DNA of 64,000 nt from Candidatus Pacearchaeota archaeon (GTDB taxonomy: Archaea > Nanobdellota > Nanobdellia > Pacearchaeales > GW2011-AR1), in contig JAGVWS010000033.1 in NCBI GenBank assembly GCA_018304165.1, positions 60-64,059 of the forward strand. The letters run 5' to 3'. Shown here piece after piece: positions 53,651 through 63,899 of this stretch (the first letter of the stretch is position 1; each line of letters starts with the position of its first letter). The notes under the pieces are model-generated. The model searched no databases and was not told the origin of the DNA. It saw only the letters and a program-made list of their open reading frames with translations. The translations under genes were made by a program, and so were the position numbers.

Positions 53651-55435
53651 CTACTCCCTGATGCTCTTCTTAAGCATCCTGAATATGAGCACTATGCAAG
53701 CCAGTGCAATTATCAGGCTTGCCCAGATGATGAGCTTTGATATAAAAAAAAGCAAATTGTCAGGAATTCCTTTAACGCTGTAATTGTCAAGAACCTGTGA
53801 TTTAGGGGTATATCGTTCAGGATAGTAAAAGAAGCTGTGTGTTGAATCTATGACATTAACAATTCCCGGCTTGAGAGAGATTGTTGCAGAATAGATATTG
53901 AAGTATGGCTCTGAGCTGCTGCGTGTGCCTTCTCTCCTGCCATAGATGGTTTTTTCCAGCTGCATGTCTGGCTTTATGGAATCAAGCATTTTCTCTACAG
54001 ATTCATTCAGCTCCTTTCCGACAGTGCCCCATCCGCAGTCATCAATAACGCACTCTGCAAGGTATATCTTCTGGGGGATATTCTGCCCGGGAAGCTGCTC
54101 ATTGGTATTAAAAATATCCCCAAGATAGCTTGACTCAAGGTAATGCTTGTCAAGGAACATCCATGATATTCTTCCGCGATAAATCCTTGCATCAGCTATT
54201 ACAATAGAATTACTATCAACGTTTTCATTAACATAGCTTCTCATGGATGCAACAGCAGACTTTTGGGTTATGTATGGCCATGCAGAGTAGATGCTTGTTA
54301 AAGTAAAGATAATTAATATAATGGAGATGAGCGTCTTTGGCTTTACTTTAGAAGAATATTTATCTGACAGCCAGCCAATTAATCCTGCCGAGTAAACAGC
54401 GAATATTGGTGAAAAAATAGCAAAATGCGTTGTAAGCCTGTTAGTATACACTAACAGCAGGAAAGGTATCATTTGAAACAAAAGGAAAAAGACAGATAAC
54501 CTCTTTTTTCTGTAAACAAAGAACAACAAAGCTATGAGTCCTGCAATCAGGTTTAAAGGGTCTGTCTTTAAATAGTATTTTGATATCTCCCAGCTCCCCT
54601 TAATCAATTCGCCAACTTTGAATCCCTGGTTAATTCCCTGAATTGTGCTGTAAACCTCTCTTGACTTGCCAACATCAAAGTACTGCGCAAGGTAAGCGTC
54701 AACCATCCCTGAATCCTTGTACCAAAGGTAGTTATGGACGATTACTGGGGAGAAAACGAGAAGAATTATTAATACAAATTTAGCTACATTAATAATCTCT
54801 TCTTTCCTGAAAAGCTTCTTCCTGTGCATCCAATAACCAATCAGGAATACCGGAATAAAGAACAGCGTTAGAGTCTTAATTAATGCTGCAACTCCAAGAA
54901 GAACTGCGGACATCTTGGACATTTTTCCGCTGGATTTTAATTCTCTGATAAATGTAAATGCTGCAAGAAGGATGAAGAAAATTGCGGGAATATCCATTTC
55001 TATCATTGTATAAATCACATGGTAGGATGATATTGCCAGAAGGAATGATGCTATAATAGCTGTTTTGTTGCTGTTAAACAGCTCCTTTGCAATAAGAAAT
55101 ACTAAAATTATTGTGAGGCTGCCAAAAAGAAAGGAAAGGAATCTCGTGCTGAACATGCTTATCCCGAGAATAATCTGAAATAAGTCAGTCATGTAAGACC
55201 AAAGGACCGACTGCCAAACCCTTCCTATAACTCCTGCCTGAATAATGCCTGACGCATGGGGTCCATGAACCATCTCGTCAGCGTTTGGCTCAACTCCTAC
55301 GGCTGCAAAATATCTCAGGACAATCCCGAGCAGGAATATTAAAAGAATGATAACAAGAGTTTTGTTATTGAACGCCCAGTCTATTACGCTGCCAAGAGAA
55401 TCATTCTCTTTTTTGTTGCTATTTTCTTCAGCCAT
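53651..55435 (-). CDS. Polytopic membrane glycosyltransferase (GT39/PMT- or ArnT-like, GT-C fold)
   Basis: At least 11 TM helices; N-terminal loop with the acidic DE motif (VEPNADEMVHG) typical of GT-C mannosyl/arabinosyl transferases. Confidence 0.55.
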   Translation of the reverse strand: MAEENSNKKENDSLGSVIDWAFNNKTLVIILLIFLLGIVLRYFAAVGVEPNADEMVHGPHASGIIQAGVIGRVWQSVLWSYMTDLFQIILGISMFSTRFLSFLFGSLTIILVFLIAKELFNSNKTAIIASFLLAISSYHVIYTMIEMDIPAIFFILLAAFTFIRELKSSGKMSKMSAVLLGVAALIKTLTLFFIPVFLIGYWMHRKKLFRKEEIINVAKFVLIILLVFSPVIVHNYLWYKDSGMVDAYLAQYFDVGKSREVYSTIQGINQGFKVGELIKGSWEISKYYLKTDPLNLIAGLIALLFFVYRKKRLSVFFLLFQMIPFLLLVYTNRLTTHFAIFSPIFAVYSAGLIGWLSDKYSSKVKPKTLISIILIIFTLTSIYSAWPYITQKSAVASMRSYVNENVDSNSIVIADARIYRGRISWMFLDKHYLESSYLGDIFNTNEQLPGQNIPQKIYLAECVIDDCGWGTVGKELNESVEKMLDSIKPDMQLEKTIYGRREGTRSSSEPYFNIYSATISLKPGIVNVIDSTHSFFYYPERYTPKSQVLDNYSVKGIPDNLLFFISKLIIWASLIIALACIVLIFRMLKKSIRE

Positions 55436-55479
55436 TCTGTTCTTTACAAAAAGTATTATAGAAGATAAAAGAAATAGCT

Positions 55480-55735
55480 ATTATTAAACTTGGTGATTGA
55501 TGCAATTTAGCACCAATAAGTTACCTTAAAACCAATAATAATTAACTGATAAGCACCAATAAGTTACCTTAAAACCAATAATAATTAACTGATAAGCTGT
55601 AAAACATTAACATAAGTTGCATGCAATTATCTGACATGTAGCTAATTAATGTTAAGAATGCCGTTTATAATGAGCATAAATGCTATTGATAATAGTTATA
55701 TCAAAACTTAGTGCGGAATTTAGCTAATCACTTAA
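55480..55735. repeat. Mosaic repeat region homologous to 24902-25235 (43-bp x2 tandem, module TTAGTGCGGAATTTAGCTAATCAC)
   Basis: Shared modules seen directly; also contains a relative of the 31-bp unit of 2699-2791. Confidence 0.55.
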
Positions 55736-56535
55736 ACTTTCTCAGCAACGCAAAAAACACTCAGGCCGAAGGGGGGCCTTACTATTGTCTCGCAGAGCTT
55801 GAAAACAGGCACTAAAGAGTTATAGAGCCCAAAAGTTCCCTTGGAGTAAATTCTCTTCTTCATCAGGACATTTATTACATACCATCCAAGAGCCCCTGGA
55901 AGATTGAAGTAATGCAGTCTTTTTATCTTAAAGCCGGCTTTCTTTATTCTTTGTGATATTTCTGATGTTGTATACCTCCTAAAATGCCCACCTTCATAGT
56001 CAAGAATTGAGTAGAGAAAGCCCATTGCAGGAACAATTATCAGGAATTTTCCACCCTTCTCTAAAATCCTGTAAGCATTGTCAAAGGCGGGCTGGTCATT
56101 CTTTATGTGCTCCAAGGTGTTCATTGTAATAATTGTATCAAACTTGTATTTTTTTATAGCATCTGCAGCTTTCTTATCCGTAGCATCCATGAGAATTGAT
56201 TTTACGTTGGGCTTGCCTTTAAACCGCTCATTGAATCTTCTTATATAATCCTCGGAATAATCGAGGCCCACAAGAAGTTCTTTGTCCAGGAAGAAGGCAG
56301 ATAAATTGCCATTGCCGCAGCCAAAGTCAAGAATTCTTTTGCCGGCATACTTCCTCATCAACCCTCCTATCCATTTGTAATAATTATCCATTGTTGACAG
56401 GATATCCATATTCTCAACTAAAGTTGAGTCAAACTTTGCTATTTTCTCGTATGCTTTAAGATTTGCTTCAGGCATGACACTCTTAGGTCTTAAGGATTTA
56501 AAAGCTTTTATGGCATAGAGTGATAAATTCTTCAC
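55732..56535 (-). CDS. Class I SAM-dependent methyltransferase
   Basis: Motif I ILDFGCGNGNLS. Confidence 0.7.
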   Translation of the reverse strand: MKNLSLYAIKAFKSLRPKSVMPEANLKAYEKIAKFDSTLVENMDILSTMDNYYKWIGGLMRKYAGKRILDFGCGNGNLSAFFLDKELLVGLDYSEDYIRRFNERFKGKPNVKSILMDATDKKAADAIKKYKFDTIITMNTLEHIKNDQPAFDNAYRILEKGGKFLIIVPAMGFLYSILDYEGGHFRRYTTSEISQRIKKAGFKIKRLHYFNLPGALGWYVINVLMKKRIYSKGTFGLYNSLVPVFKLCETIVRPPFGLSVFCVAEKV

Positions 56536-56645
56536 AGAAATCAGGGAAGATTAATGATTGCTGCGAATATCTTTCACAGAAATCAGGGAAGATTAATATT
56601 TGCTGCGAATATCTTTCACAGAAATCAGGGAAGATTGATGCATGC
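56533..56645. repeat. 42-bp tandem repeat x about 2.7
   Basis: tcacagaaatcagggaagattaatgattgctgcgaatatctt repeated. Confidence 0.8.
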
Positions 56646-56705
56646 TAATCAAATTTCTCTCCTTTCTTGGAAGAGTTTAAAAACATAAAATCCTACTAGT
56701 GAATT

Positions 56706-58280
56706 ATGCTGAAGAATGATGGTAAAAAACTAAGCACTTCTCTGAAATTTCTTGCAAAGAGTTCTCTTGTTGTCTTAATAGGACTCCTTTTATCAAAGCT
56801 CTTCAATTATATATACAGAATAGTTATAGCAAGATATTTTGGCGCAGAAGAATACGGCCTTTTTTCTCTGGCGGTCATACTTTTTATCCTGTTTATCGCA
56901 GCCTCTTCATTGGGCCTGTCTGACGGGGTTTTAAGGTTTATCTCTTTTTATAGAGGGAAGAAGCAGCTGGGAAAAATAAATTTCATTATCAAGTTTTCTC
57001 TTGCAACGACCCTTGTTTCAGGGATTTTGGCAGGCATTATCCTTTATTTAACTTCAGGGATGATTGCAGAGAAGATAGTTCATAATCAGGGCATTCTGAT
57101 ATACTTAAAAGTGTTCAGCTTTTTAATACCCGTCAGTGTTCTGTCAAATGTCCTGCTCTATATTCTCCGGGCACACGAGAAAGTAAAACTTTATTCGTTT
57201 TCGATGAATATTTTCCAGAACTTCACCAAAGTATTTTTCCTTGTTTTATTTGTTTTTATCGGCTTGAAATTTAATCCAATAATCGCCTCTTTTTTCCTGA
57301 GCGCGGTTCTTCTGCTGTTGCTTGCTTTTTTTCTCTGTAAGTATAAACTGCCGGGCGTTTTCATAAAGCGCTTTATTTCAAAAAAACAGAAAGGGCAGAT
57401 TTCCAGAGAGCTTTTTTCTTATTCATGGCCCTTCATCTTTGTAGGGGTTATCTCAAATATCTTCTATTGGACGGATTCTTTGGTTTTAGGATATTTTAAG
57501 TCGGCTTTTGATGTGGGGATATATAATGTTGCCATACCTCTGGCATCGCTTTTAGGAATAGCCCCGGAATTGTTTATGCAGCTCTTTTTTCCCATGATCA
57601 GTTTTGAATATTCAAGAAAGAACTTCCCGCTGATTAGGGAGATTAGCAAGCAGATTGGCAAGTGGATATTCATCATAAACCTTCCCCTGTTTTATCTGAC
57701 GGCTTTCTTTCCGGAGGTGCTCATTAATGTTCTTTTCGGCAGCGAATACCTGCCGGCAGTAAATGTCCTGAGGATGCTGTCTCTTGGGGCTCTTATTGGC
57801 ACCAGCTTTACTATCTCCAACAGCCTCCTGTCAATGGCAGGCAAGTCAAAGCTAATCCTGCTGAACTTCAGCATCATTGCGGTGTTTAACCTTGTTTTAA
57901 ACATTCTCTTAGCTCCGAAGTATGGCATGAACGGCACTGCTTTCTCAACACTCTTGTCGTTCTTTCTTCTTACATTGATAGTTACTATGCAGGCCAGAAA
58001 ATACACGGGCATACTCCCCTTTAGGCGAAAAATGTTCAGGATATTGATAGTATCTTTAATTCTGCTTGTTCCTGCACTGATTATTAAATCCTTCTTTGAT
58101 CTGAGTTTAATTGCTATTCTGGTTTCTTTCATAGTCTTTTTAATTGCTTATGCAGCTATGATTTACTTCTCAGGCTGCTTAGACAGCAATGACCTTGAAG
58201 TTTTAGGGGCTGTAAAGAGAAAACTGCGCGATTATAAGCCGTTGCATAAATCTTTAAATATATCAAATAACAGCTCTTGA
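56706..58280 (+). CDS. Polysaccharide biosynthesis protein / flippase (Wzx-like, MOP superfamily)
   Basis: About 14 TM helices and size typical of Wzx/MATE-like flippases, inside a glycan cluster. Confidence 0.65.
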   Translation: MLKNDGKKLSTSLKFLAKSSLVVLIGLLLSKLFNYIYRIVIARYFGAEEYGLFSLAVILFILFIAASSLGLSDGVLRFISFYRGKKQLGKINFIIKFSLATTLVSGILAGIILYLTSGMIAEKIVHNQGILIYLKVFSFLIPVSVLSNVLLYILRAHEKVKLYSFSMNIFQNFTKVFFLVLFVFIGLKFNPIIASFFLSAVLLLLLAFFLCKYKLPGVFIKRFISKKQKGQISRELFSYSWPFIFVGVISNIFYWTDSLVLGYFKSAFDVGIYNVAIPLASLLGIAPELFMQLFFPMISFEYSRKNFPLIREISKQIGKWIFIINLPLFYLTAFFPEVLINVLFGSEYLPAVNVLRMLSLGALIGTSFTISNSLLSMAGKSKLILLNFSIIAVFNLVLNILLAPKYGMNGTAFSTLLSFFLLTLIVTMQARKYTGILPFRRKMFRILIVSLILLVPALIIKSFFDLSLIAILVSFIVFLIAYAAMIYFSGCLDSNDLEVLGAVKRKLRDYKPLHKSLNISNNSS

Positions 58281-58323
58281 ATAAGCCGCTGCATAAATCT
58301 TTAAATATATCAAATAACAGCTC

Positions 58324-59718
58324 TTGAGCATGGAAAAGAAAGTCTTTTTGTTCAGCCCAAATTCAGAAGATGATCTTGATCCTTCTCTCGTATCTTACTC
58401 TCTTGCATTGGGCTTCCTGGCCGCTTATGCGGAAAAAGCTGGCTGGATTCCGATAGTCAGGGACTGTTATTGCTCAAACTGGGAGAATACAAAAAGCCAG
58501 ATTATTGATATTATTCGGAAGGAGAATCCTTCAGTTATAGGGATAAACTGCGTTACTATGAACCGCATGGCTGCTTATAAGTCAGTAGACCTCATTAAAA
58601 GAATAAAACCCGAAATAAAAGTCATTCTTGGAGGAGTTCATCCAACAATATACCCTCAACATTTCCTGATAAATCATAATGCTGATGTCATAGTTCTGCA
58701 TGAGGGAGAGGAAACTTTTGAAGAGCTTCTTAATCATTATTCTCAGGGTAAGCCAATAACAGATATTAAGGGAATTGCTTACAAAAACAAGAAAGGCGAA
58801 GTTGTAATTAATCCCCCGAGGGAACAGATTAAAGATATTAATCAGATACCTTTCATGAAGCATGATTCTTTCCTGAATCCAGACAGCACAAAAGCTTACT
58901 TTTTTACTTCCCGCGGCTGTCCCAGCAATTGCAACTTCTGCTCTGCTTCAGTGCATTGGGGGAGGAGGTGGAGGTTCAGAACTCCAAAAAATGTTGTTGA
59001 CGAAATTGAGTTCGTTATCAAAAAATTTCCCAAGATTAATGAAATAAGATTCATGGATGATACATTTACTCTGGATAATAAAAGGGTTATTGAGATATGC
59101 AAGGAGATGATTAATAGAAATATTAATGTAAGGTGGAGATGCTCAGGGAGAGTCCACCCGGTTTCTGTTGAAATGATTCAGTGGATGGAGAAAGCAGGGT
59201 GCATCATGATTAGCTTTGGCGTGGAGACGGGGTCTGTAAGGCTTCTTGGAGAGATGGGCAAGAATCAGACCGTTGAGCAGATTTTTAATGCATTCAAGAT
59301 AGTTTATGAGAATTCTAATATTACTCCGGAGATGTTCATCATTCTTGGCCTTCCAAATGAGAATAAGGGAACTGTTGATGAAACTATTGCTCTCATCAAG
59401 AGGGTTATTAAAGTATCTAAAAAGCCCCTGATTTTGACTGCCGCAAGAATTCTTGAGATCTACCCCGGCACCAGGATTTATAGCCTGACCAAATCAAGAG
59501 GATTAATTGATGATTCTTACTGGCTTACTAATCCCAAGACCCCCCAGTTTTTGGAGCAGACTCCTAAATGGCTTAAGCATCAAAGGAATAGAATATTATT
59601 TGTCAACTGGACTTATGCCGGCTTGCTTCCTGTAGTGCAATTATTCTTTGAAAAGAAGATGTGGAAGCCAAGGAAGATTTACAATATAATCCGCCCCTAC
59701 CTCAAGGGGCTTAATTAG
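58324..59718 (+). CDS. B12-binding domain radical SAM enzyme
   Basis: N-terminal cobalamin-binding-like domain and CPSNCNFC (CxxxCxxC) radical SAM motif. Confidence 0.8.
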   Translation: MSMEKKVFLFSPNSEDDLDPSLVSYSLALGFLAAYAEKAGWIPIVRDCYCSNWENTKSQIIDIIRKENPSVIGINCVTMNRMAAYKSVDLIKRIKPEIKVILGGVHPTIYPQHFLINHNADVIVLHEGEETFEELLNHYSQGKPITDIKGIAYKNKKGEVVINPPREQIKDINQIPFMKHDSFLNPDSTKAYFFTSRGCPSNCNFCSASVHWGRRWRFRTPKNVVDEIEFVIKKFPKINEIRFMDDTFTLDNKRVIEICKEMINRNINVRWRCSGRVHPVSVEMIQWMEKAGCIMISFGVETGSVRLLGEMGKNQTVEQIFNAFKIVYENSNITPEMFIILGLPNENKGTVDETIALIKRVIKVSKKPLILTAARILEIYPGTRIYSLTKSRGLIDDSYWLTNPKTPQFLEQTPKWLKHQRNRILFVNWTYAGLLPVVQLFFEKKMWKPRKIYNIIRPYLKGLN

Positions 59719-59949
59719 TAATTTCAGCTCATCAAGTACTTGTTGACATTTTATTGATAATTTCAAAATCGGCGGCAACCCCCATTTTTAACTATACACG
59801 CGACGACTCTAAAATTTTGCCTTTGGCATCGTTGCACTAAATTTTAGCCCCTCGGGGAATATAACATGCATTAGTTTCAATAAGAGAACAAGCTAAAAGA
59901 TAGTCAAATTTTCAATTTTGAAGAATTAATAAAATAGAGCAGGCATTTT

Positions 59950-60351
59950 TTATTTTCCAAGTAATTCTATCTCATCACTCGGAACACTTCCAATTCTGTC
60001 TCTTGAAAAGTAATCTCTGTCTTTACCACCCCAATGATTTGTCTTGAATTTTATTCTATCTCCAACTTCAATTGCTTCTGCCAAAGCAGCAAGTGGTTTA
60101 GAATATCTTCCTTCTACATTAATTGTATACTTTCCTTGGTCTGTTTCGACAGTTAGAACATAATTTGGATTTCCAAATTTTACAGATTCATTTCCAAAAA
60201 GAGCTCCACTTGATTCTACAATATTAACAACTGTTCCGCTCTCTTTTGTTACTTTTCCCTCTTGGTATTGTGGGTGATGAGAACACCCCACTCCAACTAA
60301 AGCTAATGCTCCGGTTAAAACAATATCTGCCAAAGTTTTTTTGATTGTCAT
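59950..60351 (-). CDS. Lipoprotein of unknown function
   Basis: Signal peptide with lipobox LVGVGC. Confidence 0.35.
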   Translation of the reverse strand: MTIKKTLADIVLTGALALVGVGCSHHPQYQEGKVTKESGTVVNIVESSGALFGNESVKFGNPNYVLTVETDQGKYTINVEGRYSKPLAALAEAIEVGDRIKFKTNHWGGKDRDYFSRDRIGSVPSDEIELLGK

Positions 60352-60558
60352 ACAATTAATAATTAATAGTGTATTTATAAATGTTTTGGTTCTTTACTAC
60401 TATAAAAATACAACGTCCAACCTCTCTAAAAGCTAAAAGCTCGAGACTCAACATTCTTCATTGCTGACACTTTCTGACCACGCTGAGCTCTTACTTCAAT
60501 TTGTTTTGTTTAGGTCTGCTAACAAATATTAGATCACTTTTACTTAATACTCTTCATC

Positions 60559-60776
60559 GAGTATCTCCGATGGATAGTTATTATAATAGCATAAGAATGA
60601 TATAGCCATTAGAGGCAATTCTATTATTAATCAGATACTATGTTTATAGTCAGTTTAATCGAGGGTAATTGCTAACAAATGCTAACCAAAGCTTAGTCAT
60701 GCCTATTAAGCGAATTTACATTATTAATTGATTCTTTAAATCTTCTTGCTAAATTGTGGCTGTATCAGAGATACGC
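60559..60776. mobile_element. MITE-like element (218 bp) with GAGTATCTCCGAT-type TIRs, directly upstream of gmd
   Basis: Left CGAGTATCTCCGATGGATAG and right CTGTATCAGAGATACGC. Internal similarity to the 53.4 kb copy (cgRgggtWattgcta). Confidence 0.65.
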
Positions 60777-60819
60777 CCATCATAATAATCTTTATATAGC
60801 TGATTCTTTAAAATAGTTC

Positions 60820-63273
60820 ATGCAAAAGAAAGTTGCATTTATTACAGGAATTGGCGGCCAGGACGGCTCTTATCTGGCAGAATTCCTGCTGGAAAAAGGG
60901 TATCTTGTCAGGGGAATTATCAGGAGGGCCAGCTATCCGAACACATCTCGTTTTGAACACCTGCTGAAGAAGTATGGTTTCGGCAGCGGGGATGAGAATA
61001 ATCCTTTCATTGTTAAATATGCTGATTTGACTGACCCTGCAAGCGTAAATGCTGTTCTTGATGAGTTCAAGCCAGACGAAATTTATAATATTGCTGCCCA
61101 GAGCCACGTGGGGATAAGCTTTGACAATCCTCATACTACTATCAGCATTAATACTCTCGGAGTGCTCAATATTCTTGAGTATCTGAGGAGGAATAAATCC
61201 CGCTGTAAGTTTTATCAGGCTTCATCTTCAGAGATGTTTGGAATTTCCCCGCCTCCCCAGAATGAGGAAACGCCAATGCTCCCCCAAAGCCCTTATGGCA
61301 TTGCTAAGCTTGCTTCTTATCATCTGACAAGACTTTACAGGAATGCTTACGGAATTTTTGCCTGCAACGGAATACTTTTCAATCACGAATGTGTGTCTGA
61401 AAATATTCCTATAATCGTCAGAAACAAAAGCACTCAAGTAATTTCTGTGAAGAGAATCAAAGACCTTAGAAGAGCCAGAGACAAAGGCAGCAATATTCAG
61501 CAGTGGGTTATTGGCGATGTAGAGATTTGGGATGGAGATAATTTTGTTGATTTATTGTTAGTCACTGCTACTAAGAGGAAGAAGGATGACGAATCTTTCT
61601 CCTGCAAGACCATGAATACAAGGCATGGAATTATTGAAGCTACTAATCACCATAACATGCTATTGAGTAACGAGCACAAGATAAAGTCTAAAGAAGTGAT
61701 GATTGGCGACGAGCTTCTTCACAGGGCATTTCCCGAATTCAGTGAGTTGTCCAGCGTGACTAATGAGGAAGCATTATTCCTGGGGATGATGGTTGGTGAT
61801 GGCTATATAAGCAAGGAAGGCGGGGGGCAGTTCACTAATAATAATCCAGAGGTTATGGGATTATTTGAGAAGATTTGGAAGAAAGTTGGCCTTGGAACTA
61901 TCACTAAGAGAGAATTCAAAACTGAATACGGTAGGGCTGCTCAGGCTAAGCTGAACAGCAATCATGGCTATCTTAGGCTTTTAAGAGAAGAGATTTATAC
62001 TTATGACGGTTTCAAGAAAATTCCTGATAGGATACTAAATGCAGGTAAGGAAGCCAAGAGGGCATTCTTATCAGGTTATAACCTTACTGACGGGCTTAAG
62101 TCTAATCCCTGCACTTATGAGTTCAAGAACTTCAAGACGAATTCTGTAATTTTAGCTCAGGGGTTATTATTAATAATGAATGAAGTGACCGGCCAGGACT
62201 ACAATATTACTTTTGAGTATGACGAAAAAAATTATGGTTACTATTCTATTAATCTGTTAAGCCCGATTGATAATTCTGCTAAAGAGATGCAGATTATTGA
62301 ACTCTTATCTTCCGGTATGAGCCAGAGAGAAATTTGCAGGCAGAGCGGCATTTCCCGGACATTTATTAGAAAGATTCAGAATGGCGGTCATGCTGAAACT
62401 GTTCATCATTTGGCCCTGGAGAAAAATGTTGTTAAAAAGATGTTTTATCATACTCAACAACCTGTGTGGGTTTATGACATTGAGACTAGTTCAGGAAAAT
62501 TCATGGCCGGAACCGGCAATATAGTCATTGCTAATTCTCCCCGCCGCGGCCACAACTTCGTCACTAAAAAAGTTACCAATCAACTGGCAAAGATTCTTGT
62601 TGGCGAGGATGATGAGCTTGTGCTTGGCAATCTTGATTCTAAGAGAGACTGGGGCTTTTCCAAGGAATATGTTCAGGTCATGTGGGCTATACTCCAGCAT
62701 TACGAGCCGGACGATTTTGTAATAGCTACTCAGGAGACTCACACTGTTGAAGAATTTGTTAAGGAGTGTTTTAGCCTTGTAGGGCTTGACTACAAAGATT
62801 TTTTGAAAACTAATCAGCGTTTCAGAAGGCCGGCAGAAGTTCCGGCATTGCTTGGCGACGCTACTAAGGCCAGAAAAGTTCTTGGCTGGACTCCAAAAGT
62901 TAAGTTCAAGGAGATTGTCAGAATGATGGTTATTGAAGACATTAAGAAAAAGCTCATCGAGAAGAACATAGTTCCAATAGAGTCGGGAGTGGAAAGAGAT
63001 GATGAGTTTTATCTTGAAAAGGCAAGGGAGCTCGCTAAGAGGATTGCTCATAACAAGTTTGGCGAGCTTGCCAAAAAGTTTATTGAAGTAGAGCAGAAGA
63101 TAAAGTCCGCAGTTCCGGAATTCTTGCAGAAAGAGTATCTCTTAAATAATGAGAACGGGGGTCATATAGAGAAGGCAAGGGAATTATCCAAGGTCTTTGT
63201 TGATAATACCTCCCTTTTTGATAGTTACTCTGCGGATAGGCTTAAGAAGTTGCCTAATCTTAGTGATAATTAA
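60820..63273 (+). CDS. gmd: GDP-mannose 4,6-dehydratase containing a 382-aa LAGLIDADG intein and an about 100-aa C-terminal extension
   Basis: GMD N-terminus (KVAFITGIGGQDGSYLAEFLLEKGY), catalytic region ...GILFNHE[intein]SPRRGHNFVTKK. Confidence 0.85.
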   Translation: MQKKVAFITGIGGQDGSYLAEFLLEKGYLVRGIIRRASYPNTSRFEHLLKKYGFGSGDENNPFIVKYADLTDPASVNAVLDEFKPDEIYNIAAQSHVGISFDNPHTTISINTLGVLNILEYLRRNKSRCKFYQASSSEMFGISPPPQNEETPMLPQSPYGIAKLASYHLTRLYRNAYGIFACNGILFNHECVSENIPIIVRNKSTQVISVKRIKDLRRARDKGSNIQQWVIGDVEIWDGDNFVDLLLVTATKRKKDDESFSCKTMNTRHGIIEATNHHNMLLSNEHKIKSKEVMIGDELLHRAFPEFSELSSVTNEEALFLGMMVGDGYISKEGGGQFTNNNPEVMGLFEKIWKKVGLGTITKREFKTEYGRAAQAKLNSNHGYLRLLREEIYTYDGFKKIPDRILNAGKEAKRAFLSGYNLTDGLKSNPCTYEFKNFKTNSVILAQGLLLIMNEVTGQDYNITFEYDEKNYGYYSINLLSPIDNSAKEMQIIELLSSGMSQREICRQSGISRTFIRKIQNGGHAETVHHLALEKNVVKKMFYHTQQPVWVYDIETSSGKFMAGTGNIVIANSPRRGHNFVTKKVTNQLAKILVGEDDELVLGNLDSKRDWGFSKEYVQVMWAILQHYEPDDFVIATQETHTVEEFVKECFSLVGLDYKDFLKTNQRFRRPAEVPALLGDATKARKVLGWTPKVKFKEIVRMMVIEDIKKKLIEKNIVPIESGVERDDEFYLEKARELAKRIAHNKFGELAKKFIEVEQKIKSAVPEFLQKEYLLNNENGGHIEKARELSKVFVDNTSLFDSYSADRLKKLPNLSDN
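61390..62535 (+). other. Intein with LAGLIDADG homing endonuclease domain (residues 191-572 of the GMD ORF)
   Basis: Inserted between LFNHE and SPRRG (contiguous in intein-free GMDs). Cys1, TxxH block (TNHH), LAGLIDADG-like LGMMVGDGY and LSGYNLTDG, block F/G VWVYDIETSSGKFMAGTGNIVIAN with Ser+1. Penultimate residue is Ala, not His. Confidence 0.75.
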
Positions 63274-63335
63274 TAATAAAAAGGATTTTTTAGACAATAG
63301 TAATCTTTAAAAAGTGACGACTATTAAGGCATATC

Positions 63336-63899
63336 ATGGTAACTTATAATACTAAGTCGTACTTTATCCATGAATCATGGCCTTCTGATGGCTTTGTTGA
63401 TATTGCACAGTTAAGAGCAGGATCTCTTGATGATGCCCAATTCTCCCTAGTTCATCGTAATGTGATAGTCCCTTGTCATGATGCTTTCATTGAGTATGAA
63501 CTTGAAGGTAAAACAGGGATATTGTTGAGTAGGAGGACTACTTTTCCTCTTAGAGGTTTTTGGTGGACTTTTGGTGGTAAGAGAACTCGTGGTTTGGATC
63601 CTGAAGAGTCTTTGAGAAGGAGAATCCGCACAGAATCTGGTCTTGAGCTTGAAAACCTCATTTATCTTGGGTGGGCCGATACCATCATGGATGCTGATCC
63701 GCTGGGCCATGACCACGGCACTCATACTACTGACCTTCAATACTTTGCTAAGGGTGTTGGAGAATTAAAGACTGATAGGACTCATTCTGAAGTAAGGGTT
63801 GTGACTCCTTATGAATATCTTGGGGGATTCAGAGGGACTCTTCATCCAAGGCTTACTGATTTCATGGACTTAATTCCCGGATATCAGCCTAGAGATTAA
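63336..63899 (+). CDS. Nudix-like hydrolase (possible GDP-mannose mannosyl hydrolase, by context next to gmd)
   Basis: Degenerate Nudix box GGKRTRGLDPEESLRRRIRTESGLE. Confidence 0.45.
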   Translation: MVTYNTKSYFIHESWPSDGFVDIAQLRAGSLDDAQFSLVHRNVIVPCHDAFIEYELEGKTGILLSRRTTFPLRGFWWTFGGKRTRGLDPEESLRRRIRTESGLELENLIYLGWADTIMDADPLGHDHGTHTTDLQYFAKGVGELKTDRTHSEVRVVTPYEYLGGFRGTLHPRLTDFMDLIPGYQPRD

